Shown: positions 12,400-23,764 of the stretch, in pieces
How positions within the stretch are numbered: position 1 is the first letter of the stretch
Layout: each line of letters opens with the position of its first letter
Source: Paraphysomonas bandaiensis
Lineage: Eukaryota > Protista > Chrysophyceae
Direction of reading: 5' to 3'
NCBI GenBank assembly: GCA_965644295.1
Contig: CBFFRP010000297.1
Span: 1-64,000 of the forward strand
DNA length: 64,000 nucleotides
The notes under the pieces: generated by a model
What the model saw: only the letters and a program-made list of their open reading frames with translations
Told to the model about the DNA's origin: nothing
The model's database searches: none
Position numbers and translations under genes: made by a program

Positions 12400-13501
12400 T
12401 TAATTATGTTTTGACTGCTCTAGGAAAAACCTAATGCTCAGTAAATGATACCCGCCAAGTATCACCACGCAAGGAACACCGCCAGTGCAACAAGATCGTT
12501 GGCACCAAGCACTTCGGTTAAGCCTAAACAAGTACATAACACCATAGCATACATGTTACACCCACTCCTACTCCTCAACAACATCACAACACCCTGCAAC
12601 GTCATCACTGCCCACAGAAACGTGTTTATTCTATAAACTGAATACACACAGCAACCTAGGAGCAACGTATAACCGCATACTAATAGTACACCACATCCTA
12701 CGTTTTACTTTCTACCTAAATTCCCTTACAAAAACAATATACCGCCACTTTGGTGCATTTTAGCATTCAAGAACCCAAAATCCCTAATATCCAGGTTAAT
12801 ACGTAAATACAACCCTGCATACCAGGTATTGCATATCACAATTGATTCCCCACTGAGCCTGGTATGAACACTCGTGCACCTCGAGTATATAAAATCCATT
12901 CTCCGTTGATGTGATATGTACTTGCCCCCCTATAGGGTAGTATGGGTAATGCCAGTACGTATTCCTATGGAAGTATACACTGCAACTGCTACACTGGAAT
13001 ACTGACCCACATAACTTTATTATAAATTTGTGGCAGGTTTCACATTGCGTGAAGTCACCATCAGCAGATCATAGTGTACATCATCATCGGCAGATAAAGT
13101 GGACATCACACCTGAACGTTGATTCCGTGTGTAGGTACATCATAGCTCATTACCCCATCTTAATGAGTATAACATAGAATATGCATCCTAGACATGGTAT
13201 AGGGTCCTGATGATATAATGTTCTTGATATAGGTTCCTAAACAAATATCACAGGGTCCTGAATGGGCAATGCATGCAGTTTTGGTACTATAGCCACGTAG
13301 ATAGGGCATAAGAAATGCCACGTGGTCACACTGCCTCCCCCCCTCGTTTTTGTGAGAAATCCATGGTCGCACACATGTCAATGGGACTAGGTTTGAAATA
13401 GCCATCAATACGAACCACCATGGAGTATTATTATCATATTATAGATGTAATTCGGAGAATACTTAAAAATTTCACATCGTAAATTGTAGAGTAGGAACAC
13501 T

Positions 13502-16500
13502 TTATACCGACTGATTAACTTGTGGAAATTTGCTGGCAAATTCCTCGTCTACCAAGACCATTGTAGAAGAATCAAATTCGTTATGGGCAAAACAATGGAT
13601 ATGGTAATTATCAAGTCGGAAAGTTTGTTTAGTCATCACATTTTTAGTTGAGAGTATCCGTTTGGAACTTTTATGATACCAATGTGTGAAGACAAAACGT
13701 GCAACATAAGTAATGAAATGAGAGTCCGGTAACTCCAGGCTTTCATACCACAGGTCCCCGAAAACTCTTAAGTCAACATAAGCCTCATCACCTGGCTGAA
13801 AACTAGTGATAGGCGGCTTACGGATTTTTGCAATATATTCCTTTGCCTCTTTAACCGGATAAATAAGATGATATAAATATCTTTTCCTAGAACAGAAATC
13901 GGCATATGGAATAGAGTCAAAAATATCCTTACTGAATGGAATGTCACGAACATCACCATCCTGAAATTTCACAGTGAAAACTAGAGAGGTTCTGGTGTCT
14001 CTATCACCTCTGTAGTATAGAATCGTGTCAATCACATGCTGTTCATGGTCTCTGCAAGCCATGTTATACGCTGTGTCTCGATCACCCGCAAAAAGTTTAA
14101 CCTCACGCACATCGACTTTCACAACTTGTCCTGTCACCAAATGTCTGCAATCAATGTCATTCTTGTATTGAGATATGACTTTGAAAGGACCCATATAGCG
14201 GTGAGACATCTTAGGATGGACTTTAGCACCCTTGTCGAACAAAACAAGATCTCCCGGCTGATATCTGTTCTGCTTGTTGGCCGGTATACCTTGGCTAGCC
14301 CGCTCTTGCACAAGACGCTGTTGATAAGCATGCGAAGCTGCCCTGAGCTCACGAAGGTTATCATTAAAACGTTTAAGTCGTGCATGCGCATCCTGGGAAA
14401 CAGAGTCGGTGTCCACGTTAAAATAACGCTTGTCCTCCGATCCAAAAGTTAACTCGAATGGTGAGAATCCCGTCTCAGATGACACTTCGGAGTTAAGAAT
14501 GTGTTGGACACTGGCGATCCAGCTAGGATCTTCAAAAACATCTGTGCGCTCTTGACGCTCGCTAGCATCATATACTAGAGCTCGTAGGTGACGAACTACC
14601 TCACCTATGATACGTTCTGAGCCATTCGCATGCCGGTTGGCTATACTGAACGTATGGCGCATTCCCATGTATTCCGTTAGCTGTTGGAATAGATCCGAAG
14701 TTAAATCCGGACCCTGATCTGAAATCACGACGTCCGTGTGACCGTAATAGGACCAATACTTCCACACAGTATTCGCTAAATTCAACGCCGTTACTCCTTT
14801 TACTGGTTCCAGAAAAACGAGCTTTGTATGAAGGTTCACTATCACATTGATATGAGTGTAACCGTCCTTGCCATGTGGAGTAATCTCCACTGCATCAATT
14901 CCAATAGCACTGCGAGCCCCCGGTGGTTTTAGGTTGCGCACTATGGGAATAAGTGCTTCCTTCATGGCTAACCGGGTTTTTACGCAAGTTGGACAGTTGG
15001 ATATATATTCTGCTACCACCTGATATGGTATTCCATGCCCTGGAAAACGTTTATTGAGACGAATCCAAGTAGCTTTCCCTCCAAGATGACCCACACGAGA
15101 GTTGTGTACCTCACGCAAGCATTCCTCACGAGATATATTCATGGAAGGTTGTTCTTGGTCACTGAGATCCGACGGGTCCATAAAATTTCCCAGGAATGAG
15201 AAATACTCAGAATCCTGACAGTCCTCTCCCAGAAAATAGGCATCATCCCACATAGAATCATCCAAGAACATGCCCGACAGATAAGCCAGTTGGTGTTCCC
15301 TGGATAACCAGTCTGCTAACCAATTTTGTGCTCCCGAAATATGTCGGATTTTAAAATTGAATGATTGCAAGAATATTCTCCATCTAACAATTTTTGGTAC
15401 CTCAGACGCTTCCATCCAGAGCAAATTGTTATGGTCTGTTTCTATTGTAAACTGCTTTCCAACTAAGTAATATGCTAGCTGTTTAACCGAATAGTAGATA
15501 CCATAGCCCTCCTGCTCTATAGTAGCCCATTTCATTGCTTGCTCTGAAAACTTTTTAGAGATAAAGGCAATAGGTTGCAATTGAGCTTCTCCTGATGGTA
15601 ATATCTTCCGTTGTAGTAGTACAGAACCTATACCTAGCTCACTTGCATCAGTCCGTAAAATCCACTCTAACTCATAATCAGGGTAGAAGAGCTCACAAGC
15701 ATCTTGTAAACCTTTTATGAAACGTTTGTACTCAGCTTCATAATCATGACGCCAAGTAGATTTATTCCAATTGAAAGATTTCTTAGTAAGGTCCGTTAAA
15801 TGACCTACTAAGTCAGAATACTTTGGCGTGAAGCTGGAAAAGAAAACTCCCTTGCCTAGCAGAGATCTAGCTTGTTTAGTCGATGTTGGCATAGGTATGT
15901 TTGCCAACGCTTCCTTTTTATCCGGACACACTTCATACGATTTGTGTTTGCATACATATCCGAAAAAATTAACTTTCTTAAAACCAAGCCAGCTCTTAGC
16001 CATTTTCAACTTGATGTTTCTCTCCAGACATCTGTCAATAACTCGTTCCAACTTTTCATAAGCATCCTGGGGATCGTTGGCTAATATTAGCATATTATCA
16101 AAGATGACGATAGCCCAGTCTGAAAAATCGGCAAATATCTCCCGAACAACCTCTTGCAGTACACCGGTAGCAGGCGCTATACCCTCTGGCATGAAATTAG
16201 GTGCAAACTGTCCCCATGGCGTTTGAATGGACAATTTTTCGGAAGTTTCCTCATCTAAAGGTATTTGATGAAACGCATTTGTAAGATCTATATCCAAATA
16301 ATATGGAAAATTAATGATCTTGTCAAGTTCATGTTTGACATTGGGAATAGTGTAGTTTCCCACATGCATATGATCATTGATCTTAACGTAATCCCCACAA
16401 AATCGAATATAAGGAGGTGTAGCCTTGGGCGCTACTACAAGACAAGAAGCCCATGGCGATCTACTCTTCCGGTAAAAATACCCACACAGACGACGAAATT

Positions 16501-17476
16501 CTTTCTCTGATGCTTCCCATAGCTTCGGATTAATAGGCCTCGCCTTGGGTTTTATCCGATCCGGAAGTGTATCTTTCCACTTAATTTTTAAAGGTTCAAC
16601 ACCCTTTACACCAGACCACTCATCTGGTACAAAGACTTTAACCGCTTTAGTTCGTAGGAGATGCATCACATTTGTTTGTTCCTTCATCTCACTACTAACA
16701 TGGGTCTCCAACAACTGCTCATAGTCTTTTAAAGCTTCCGCTCTAGTCTTTCCTAAGAATACCAAAGCTTCTTTAAATTGAACCGGCAATTCGGAATCCT
16801 CTTCCTCCGGTGCAATTTTAGTACTCGCTTTAGACCATGGTTCCACTATTTGTCCATGCTCTAAGCCAGACAAATCATCATGAGTCGAAATCTTCTCGGC
16901 ATCTGTTTCTATCTCATAAGATGTTTGTTCAAAAGCATGCCTCATCAGTTCACACATAAAGGGATATAAAGTACCAGTAAGTGCCGGCAATCCAAGTATG
17001 ACATCATTATGTTTCATGTCAATAATTAAAAAATCCCCTTTGAACTGATACTGTTTTCCATAAGGGTCAGCCAACAAAAGATTGAGTCTGACTCCTTGTG
17101 TGACTGTTTTTATAGTAGTACTATCCGCCAATACTACTCTATGATTCGCATCGTATAAAAATTCGGGGTTTAGCTCTGGCATTAAATTCTCAACCAGACC
17201 CCTAGACACGTAGTTGGCTGAAAGCGCTCCCGTGTCGCAAAGTACGGTGATCAATTTTTCCGAATTCTCTCTCAAATTATTGTTCATTATTAGCCTAGCT
17301 ACAGTATGTGCTGATGTCATTTTTCGCGTATTAGGAAAGCAAGCATACAGCTTGGCTTGCCCCTCGGTTTGCACAGAACACAATGCCGCCGTGAATGTAG
17401 ACTCTTCAAATTGTAAGCAACAATCGTCATCCCCGTCACACCCATTAACTACACTGACATCCTGCGCTCCCCGCAC
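13502..17476 (-). CDS. pol: Gypsy Pol polyprotein (PR-RT-RNaseH-IN-chromo-like plus C-terminal extension)
   Basis: Protease LCDTGA; RT SPWASCLVV, RFCGDY, DIDLTNAFHQ, MPEGI, IFDN; RNaseH RTDAS/EQE/ETDH/ADWLSR; IN H-x5-H..CPTC, IGIDAV, ISDQG, NGSER, GPF. Gypsy domain order. Confidence 0.95.
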   Translation of the reverse strand: MRGAQDVSVVNGCDGDDDCCLQFEESTFTAALCSVQTEGQAKLYACFPNTRKMTSAHTVARLIMNNNLRENSEKLITVLCDTGALSANYVSRGLVENLMPELNPEFLYDANHRVVLADSTTIKTVTQGVRLNLLLADPYGKQYQFKGDFLIIDMKHNDVILGLPALTGTLYPFMCELMRHAFEQTSYEIETDAEKISTHDDLSGLEHGQIVEPWSKASTKIAPEEEDSELPVQFKEALVFLGKTRAEALKDYEQLLETHVSSEMKEQTNVMHLLRTKAVKVFVPDEWSGVKGVEPLKIKWKDTLPDRIKPKARPINPKLWEASEKEFRRLCGYFYRKSRSPWASCLVVAPKATPPYIRFCGDYVKINDHMHVGNYTIPNVKHELDKIINFPYYLDIDLTNAFHQIPLDEETSEKLSIQTPWGQFAPNFMPEGIAPATGVLQEVVREIFADFSDWAIVIFDNMLILANDPQDAYEKLERVIDRCLERNIKLKMAKSWLGFKKVNFFGYVCKHKSYEVCPDKKEALANIPMPTSTKQARSLLGKGVFFSSFTPKYSDLVGHLTDLTKKSFNWNKSTWRHDYEAEYKRFIKGLQDACELFYPDYELEWILRTDASELGIGSVLLQRKILPSGEAQLQPIAFISKKFSEQAMKWATIEQEGYGIYYSVKQLAYYLVGKQFTIETDHNNLLWMEASEVPKIVRWRIFLQSFNFKIRHISGAQNWLADWLSREHQLAYLSGMFLDDSMWDDAYFLGEDCQDSEYFSFLGNFMDPSDLSDQEQPSMNISREECLREVHNSRVGHLGGKATWIRLNKRFPGHGIPYQVVAEYISNCPTCVKTRLAMKEALIPIVRNLKPPGARSAIGIDAVEITPHGKDGYTHINVIVNLHTKLVFLEPVKGVTALNLANTVWKYWSYYGHTDVVISDQGPDLTSDLFQQLTEYMGMRHTFSIANRHANGSERIIGEVVRHLRALVYDASERQERTDVFEDPSWIASVQHILNSEVSSETGFSPFELTFGSEDKRYFNVDTDSVSQDAHARLKRFNDNLRELRAASHAYQQRLVQERASQGIPANKQNRYQPGDLVLFDKGAKVHPKMSHRYMGPFKVISQYKNDIDCRHLVTGQVVKVDVREVKLFAGDRDTAYNMACRDHEQHVIDTILYYRGDRDTRTSLVFTVKFQDGDVRDIPFSKDIFDSIPYADFCSRKRYLYHLIYPVKEAKEYIAKIRKPPITSFQPGDEAYVDLRVFGDLWYESLELPDSHFITYVARFVFTHWYHKSSKRILSTKNVMTKQTFRLDNYHIHCFAHNEFDSSTMVLVDEEFASKFPQVNQSV

Positions 17477-17491
17477 GCAATGGTCCTTCCA

Positions 17492-18020
17492 TCAAGGTCG
17501 GGAATCGCCGAAGCGATCCCTTCTCAAGATAGAAGTTGGATTGGATCTACCAGTGGAACCATCCTCAGCTTTCAGGAAAGCATTGAGCTTATCCCTCATC
17601 TCAACAGCCGAGGTTCTCAAGCACTGAGAATTGTGGTTGTATTTGCACTGTGGCTTGTTGCATTTCCCATACAACATCTGCCTCAGGCAACCGAATTTCT
17701 CAACTCTCGAACTCGTATCACCAGCAGGTTTATCCTGAGAAGAAGCCATAAAAGAAACCTCTTGCTCATTAACAACTACTGTAGGATCAGGTTCCAGATC
17801 CTGCGATGATGTAACGTCCTTGGCTGAGCCACGACGTAAATCAATGTTACCCTCTTCATCATCTGAAGAACTGGGATATTCGAGATTTATCTGCTCCGGA
17901 CCTCGATCAAAATCCGAATCATCAGAAACATATCCATCAATGTGAGTGAGAGCATGTGAATCTCTGTTATTCCGATGATCATAGTCCTTGTAAGATGCAA
18001 TGGAACTCAGGTTGGGACCT
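17492..18020 (-). pseudogene. Gag C-terminal portion of element C with CCCH zinc finger
   Basis: Acidic linker then C-x8-C-x4-C-x3-H (17633-17689); same frame as pol, separated by one TGA (17492-17494). Confidence 0.7.
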
Positions 18021-18099
18021 GAGAGCCAAACTCTAAATAAGCCAAAACTCGCTTTAAGAGAGAGAATGTTGCTTATTATTAACCTATACTACTTCTGCA

Positions 18100-21000
18100 G
18101 TACTAAATGCTTCTCGGCACCCCAAGAAACTAAAGCACAACTCACCAGCTATGCAGTTCAGTACTAAACAGAAAAGTGACGAGCTACAACAACCAACAAA
18201 GAGAGAACAAGCTTAACTAAAAAGAATGACGATGCGCTTGGGCGTTGACAGCCACACAGTGACTAAATCCAAATTTTCTGCGAAGGAGTGACGATATTTA
18301 TGAATATTCTTGGAGAATTCTTCTTCTTCATACTCTACACATTAATGTATGGACTCTGCCGTATACACTCTCAACTGCTGCTCATCTAAACGATAATGGG
18401 CACTCGACCAATCAGCATTGAGAATAGGGAAAGCATTGGTTCAGTATTCGCTTCCTGTATTTATACAGTGTAGGGTACAGTATACTGATACTGTATACCT
18501 ACGAGTGATATAGACGCATACATACAATAGAGGAATACTGCAAATACATCATATACAGTATATACGGTATACAGTGCGGTTGCTGAGAGGAGATGCAGCT
18601 CGCTCCTAACTGCCATCTTAATGTGATTGCAGCACACATACCGAACATACTTATAAGCGAGCAGATTATCGTGAAAATTGAACAATATGTCCAGAGATGC
18701 AATACCATTGTACTCGCTAAAGACCGCTGCTTCTTCAATTGCCGATATCGAGTACGAAGCGATATAGTATATTGACTGTTCAGCATCAGTACGAGGGTCC
18801 ACACAGTGTGATGATCAAATGGAAGGTACCGTAAAATCATGTAATCAGTACGTACAGTCATGACAGGTGATATATAGGTCCTTCTTCCAGACAGAGGCGG
18901 TCTATGGCAACCCTTAGCCACCAGTAATTGGAAATGGATATATGAACCACACAGAGGCATATAATAACGGTAAAGAAGCCGCAGACACATCCACTGATTG
19001 CAGGAAAAGCACGTGTACACTGTTTACGTACTATAGGTGATTGTAGAAGCTACATATGTGCATTTACAGGCCACTGGTTGAATATAGAGCCATGTACACA
19101 TATATACCATATATTAGGGTAAGGATACAACATATATATATATTCTGTAGAAGGGTCACAACCTATACATATATGTGTGGGTGAAAGAGAGAAACTAGGT
19201 TAGTATGTACGCATATATATATGTATACATCCAAACTGTAATAATAATAACTCTTCAAAAGAATTATATATCACAGCCCAGCATATAGAATAGAAGATAG
19301 TGCTGATGATTATAAACCTGCTTTAAACCTGCACAGGTTTACACTACCCTCTCTCTCCTTCTCCTCCTTTCCCGTCTATTCCTGGGTTGGGCCATCCACA
19401 GCGAGGATTTCGGGGTGGTGCTTGGTGATCGTATCATCCACGAGAATCATGCTGGATTCATCGAATTCCCATTGACGACCCCACGCATAAACCATGTAAT
19501 TATCAAAGCCATATAATTGCTTGTTGAGGTCAAATCGAACGGTAATTTTCTTGCGACTCCCGCCCTTGTGATACCAACGGAGGTAGGTAAAAGGAACAAC
19601 ATAGCTGGAAGTTTCCCAGTCTGGAAGCTGTAGGGATTCATAAAAAAGGTCCCCAAAGAATCTCAAATCCACGTATACTGTGTCCCCCGGTGATACTGAG
19701 GTAATGTTTTCCTTGCGCTTGTCTCGTATGAATCTTGTGGCCATATCCGTGTCCAAGGATAGATGAAAAAGGAAAGGCTTACTCTGGCAGAAGTCATAGT
19801 ACGCCTCACATAGAATATCAGGGGTATACGGAATATCAAGAACTTCTCCATCAGCATACTTAACCTTGAAAGTCATCGAAGTCCTCTTTCTGCAGTCTCC
19901 CTTGTAGCCAAGAATCTTATCGACCATGAACTGCTCCTGATCTCGCATTGCAGCATTAAAAGCCTCTTCTGCCGAACCATAGAATAGCTCAAGATCCTCA
20001 ACCGAAAACTTTTTTATTGCTCCACTAATCAGATTCCTACAATCCACATCGTTTTTGTATTGATGGACAACTTGCATTGGACCCTTATGACGACACGCCA
20101 GTTTAGGATGTGGTTTCGGACCAGCATCAAACAAGACAAAATCTCCTGGTGCATACATATTTTGGGGCATAAGTCTCGCTTGACTCGCTCTTTCTTCAAC
20201 CAACTGATCTTGAAATTTCTTCGAAGCCTCTCGGAGCACTGTTAGATTCTCATTTAGCTGTTTTAGCAGCATATGGGACGGTTCACCCTCACAATCTTTC
20301 AAAAGATCCTTATATACCGCGTCCATTGATCCAAAGACAAGCTCAAACGGCGTAAATCCAGTCTCGGAGGACACATGATCATTGAGAATGTATTGTACGG
20401 AAGGAATCTTTGTAACATCATCGAAGATATCTTGGATCCTTGTGTCAAATACTAGTGCTCGCAAATGCCGCACCACTTCCTTTATTGGCCTCTCTGTACC
20501 GTTAGCATGTTTATCTGCAATGCTAAACACATGGCGCATTCCCATGAGCTGAACTAACTCTGCGAATAACTTCGAGGTAAGGTCAGTACCCAAATCTGAG
20601 ATAATCATGTCAGTATGTCCAAAATTGCTCCAATATATCCACACAGAAGCAGCTAAATTTTTCGCTGTAACGCCTATTATCGCTCTGAGAAATGCATGTT
20701 TGCTGAACAAATTAACAATGACCAGGATATGTGATTCACCGTTCTTCCCTGCTGGTGTTATCTTCACAGCATCTATTCCAATGACACTTCTCGCATGTGG
20801 GGGTTTCAGTGTTCTAGGGATCTTAATTAAACGGTTTTTACGCTCTCTCCGTGTTTTCTCACAGCACGCACACGAACTCACAAAGTCTGCTATTTCTTTA
20901 TATGGAATCTGATGCCCAGGACACAGTTTATTCAGCCGATTCCACATCTCTTTAGCTCCCCAGTGGCCTGATTGGGCATTATGTACTTCCTCCATGAGTT

Positions 21001-21560
21001 CCTGGGCCCTTAATCTAGATACAGGCTCAGGGGCTGTCTCTGATATATCAGTTAGGTCGAATACGTTCATGAGGGCGTGGAATGTCCAATCATCATCACT
21101 ATCCTCTTCACCCATTGTTCTATCATGATCCGAATCATCCATGGAGATCATAAATAAACGCGATAGGGCGTCGGCCACAGTATTTTCTCTTCCACTGATA
21201 TGTTGTACAACAAAATCAAACGATTGTAGATAAACTCTCCATCTGACTATTTTCGGCACTTCTGACGCCTCCATCCATCTTAGATTGTTATGGTCTGTCT
21301 GGACGATGAAGTGTTTCCCAATCAGGTAATACGCAAAATGTCTCACCGCATAAAAGATGGCATATCCTTCTTGCTCAATTGTTGGTTGACCATCTCATAG
21401 CTTCAGGTGAAAATTTCTTTGAACACATGGCTATAACTTGGTATAAAACTTCACCATTTTCGAGGCGTTTTACTTGGAATAGGACTGCTCCAATACCGAA
21501 CTCACTAGCATCCGTACGCAAGAACCACTCCAATTCGTAGTCTGGGTAAAAGACTGAACA
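18100..21560 (-). mobile_element. Ty3/Gypsy element D, 5'-truncated (RNaseH, integrase, chromo-like, PPT, 3' LTR start)
   Basis: ORF 19376-21346 and frameshifted 21375-21614 (YPDYELEWFLRTDASEFGIG), homologous to B and C. PPT 19344-19373 then TGTAAA at 19343. Distal LTR end uncertain. Confidence 0.88.
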
Positions 21561-21634
21561 AGTATGACACAGCCAGGTTTGATAACCAAGGCTGTGCAGC
21601 AGAAACAAACACAATGAGTTAACCAGAGCTATAT

Positions 21635-22652
21635 GTCATGAAGCCGTCTAAAGTAATTTCCGTCAATTGGATCTTCAAGTATGAATTATCCTGTTGAGTC
21701 AATACGACCTGACTAGTCCTGTCTTCGTCGGCCTGCCTTAGCGCTTCTTGAATAGTCTGTCTCCTAACATTCCTCCTCCTAGGCTGCTCTTCCTCTCTCA
21801 ATACCTGTGTTGCGTTGAGTACGGCCTGTTGGACTGCGTCCTCGATTCTGGTCTGAAGTAGATCTGGGTCTATATATTGCTGTTCATGTACTGGTCCTTC
21901 AGCTTGTTCTTCTTCCTGTTGAACCTCTTCAATTTGATTCGTTGCCTCTTCATCAATCTGGGATATACCCCCTCCAAAATCTACTTCCGAATTAGCTGGA
22001 GTGGCTTGTCTTGAGGAACGTCGAGACTCCAGCTGCTGCAACCTTTGTTCGAACATTTCAAAATGAAGATCAATAGACTCAAAGCGTTTGTTCAGCTGCT
22101 CTTGCTGTTCAGCATACTGCTGCTGTTGTTGAGCAAACTGTTCATTCTGTTCAGCAAACCGCTGCTGAAGGAACTCCATAATGTTCGGAACCTCTTCTTC
22201 CGAACTCATAGTCGACAATAATATAAATAAACAATGTTTCTTTCTATCCGACTAAAGTATTAATACTGTAATCTTTCTGATGAGAAAGACCGTGTTTACA
22301 ACGTTCTAAGAATTTAAAGTGCTTCCCAAACCGAGAATACACTGTCCAGAACACCAAACCGGTGAAACTGCCTCCTAACACAAGCAAACCGCGAGTATAG
22401 AATGAGTTAAATTACGTTAAAACGTGTAAAAGAAGAAATGAAAACATACAACACTCTATCTTGCTGTGAATCATCTACAGTTTACAGTATCATACTTGTA
22501 CATATACGGGACTTATATCCCTTCAAGAATACAGTAACCGCAATGTATACTAAATAAACTGAAAATGAAAGTACAACAGCATGCTACCTAGAGTACCGCA
22601 GTATAACACCGTATAACTCCACGTATAACAGTAACTACAGGTATGCGTGACA
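21635..22652 (-). mobile_element. LTR + PBS + truncated gag, copy 2
   Basis: Near-identical to 4359-5378. LTR ~22363-22652; PBS-like 22342-22356; gag ORF 21619-22218, with homology ending at ..LDGFMT. Confidence 0.8.
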
Positions 22653-22875
22653 CAGCAGATATTGTTCTGCCCACTCATAGCCAAATGCTTGAGTGGTACA
22701 AGGGACACTAATAAGTGTCACTTGTGTAGACGTCTTTGGGCCCTGACGAATAAACAGGCATCCGGGAATGGGCCCACCTCAAGGGCATCCGGGACAGGGC
22801 CCACCAGAAGGGTAACCGGGGTATTGGGCTGCCTGCTGAAGTTAAGCATCCGGGATGTTCACCTTAAGAACTCAA
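22653..22875 (+). repeat. Internal piece of the LINE-tail family at 45515-46022
   Basis: Aligns to 45607-45828 (CAGCAGATATT...TTCACCTTAAGAACTCA), including the GGCATCCGGG..GGGCCCACC duplication. Confidence 0.85.
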
Positions 22876-22879
22876 AACA

Positions 22880-23762
22880 CCTGAAGTCAGCAGATGTCAG
22901 GTATATCAACATTCTGCTTGCTCCCTGCGTTTGCTTTGAGTGATTGATGCTGAGTATGAGTTCACATTATTCGGTATCTGTGTGGCCAATGACCGAGGTA
23001 ATGCGTCAAACTTTCCTCATGGATGCATGGCAATGGCAATGATGTGATTAGACCTGTCATGTCTTCTCACACGTCTACTGCCTAGTCTTGGTTTCTCCTG
23101 ACCCAGGTCATTGAGATTATATCAAGGCTCTGGCACTGTTCTCCAAGCAGTGTCAGGTACATTTGTGGTGCTTTTATGTTATTCTTGCTTAGTAGGTTTT
23201 CATCCGAGCGGGGAAGGTGCACGGTTTCCTACTAGTGTAAGTCACTCGGGAGAAGAGTGCAAGGTGGATGCATGTGCTGGACGAGAGCACACAATGGAGG
23301 GAAGACATTGGAGTCAGCTTGAATTTGTAACAGATTTTGGTAGATGTCTGTTTCATGCGTCAGTGTGCAAAATTGCACCAGTGAGACCGCTTCGTGACCG
23401 TGGGAGGACCCGGCGCTATAGAGCTACTTTATTCTCCCTTCCAGACTACCTGCTGCTGTGAACACCACCTTGAAGAGGGCCCTAAAGATCTGCCGCATAT
23501 ACAGGAGACATATGCCGAAGACACCGACCGCAAGTTGTTTGTGTTAGGACAAGTAGATTGGGCAGGAGCGTATGATCCGGCTTAAACACGCAACTCGTCG
23601 TATGCCCATGTAGCTAACTAAATCGTGTTGTATAGTTGAGCACTTGTCGGTGCATGCAATAGTAACTAGATGAGAGTCATGTTAAGCATAGTGTCGCGCG
23701 AGTTGTTAGGTTGGTCGCGGCAACGCACAAGCTTGCGCTTCTTAATAATCAGATTTTCAATT
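22880..23762 (+). mobile_element. Degenerate 3' end of another non-LTR element
   Basis: Broken ORF ending AYDPA* (23585); GCG-GCAA-CGC-ACAAGC hairpin at 23717-23732; ends TAATAATCAGATTTTCAAT like the 11084 tail. Confidence 0.5.
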
Positions 23763-23764
23763 TT

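Larger units (their letters stand above)
12700..18020 (-). mobile_element. Ty3/Gypsy element C (gag C-terminus, intact pol, PPT, 3' LTR start; 5' LTR not seen)
   Basis: Uninterrupted 1324-aa pol; PPT AAAAACGAGGGGGGGAGGCAG at 13331-13351 then TGTGAC at 13330; gag frame open from ~18080 to 17492. Outer boundaries approximate. Confidence 0.9.

Noticed and set aside
18018-18028. TGGCTCTCAGG as the PBS of element C
   Set aside because: It lies far too close to the gag C-terminus, and the upstream DNA does not match the 3' LTR of C; more likely a truncation junction.
19343-22652. Treating gag copy 2 and pol D as one internally deleted element
   Set aside because: The 5' LTR begins TGTCACGCAT and the 3' LTR of D begins TGTAAACCTG; no LTR identity is visible.
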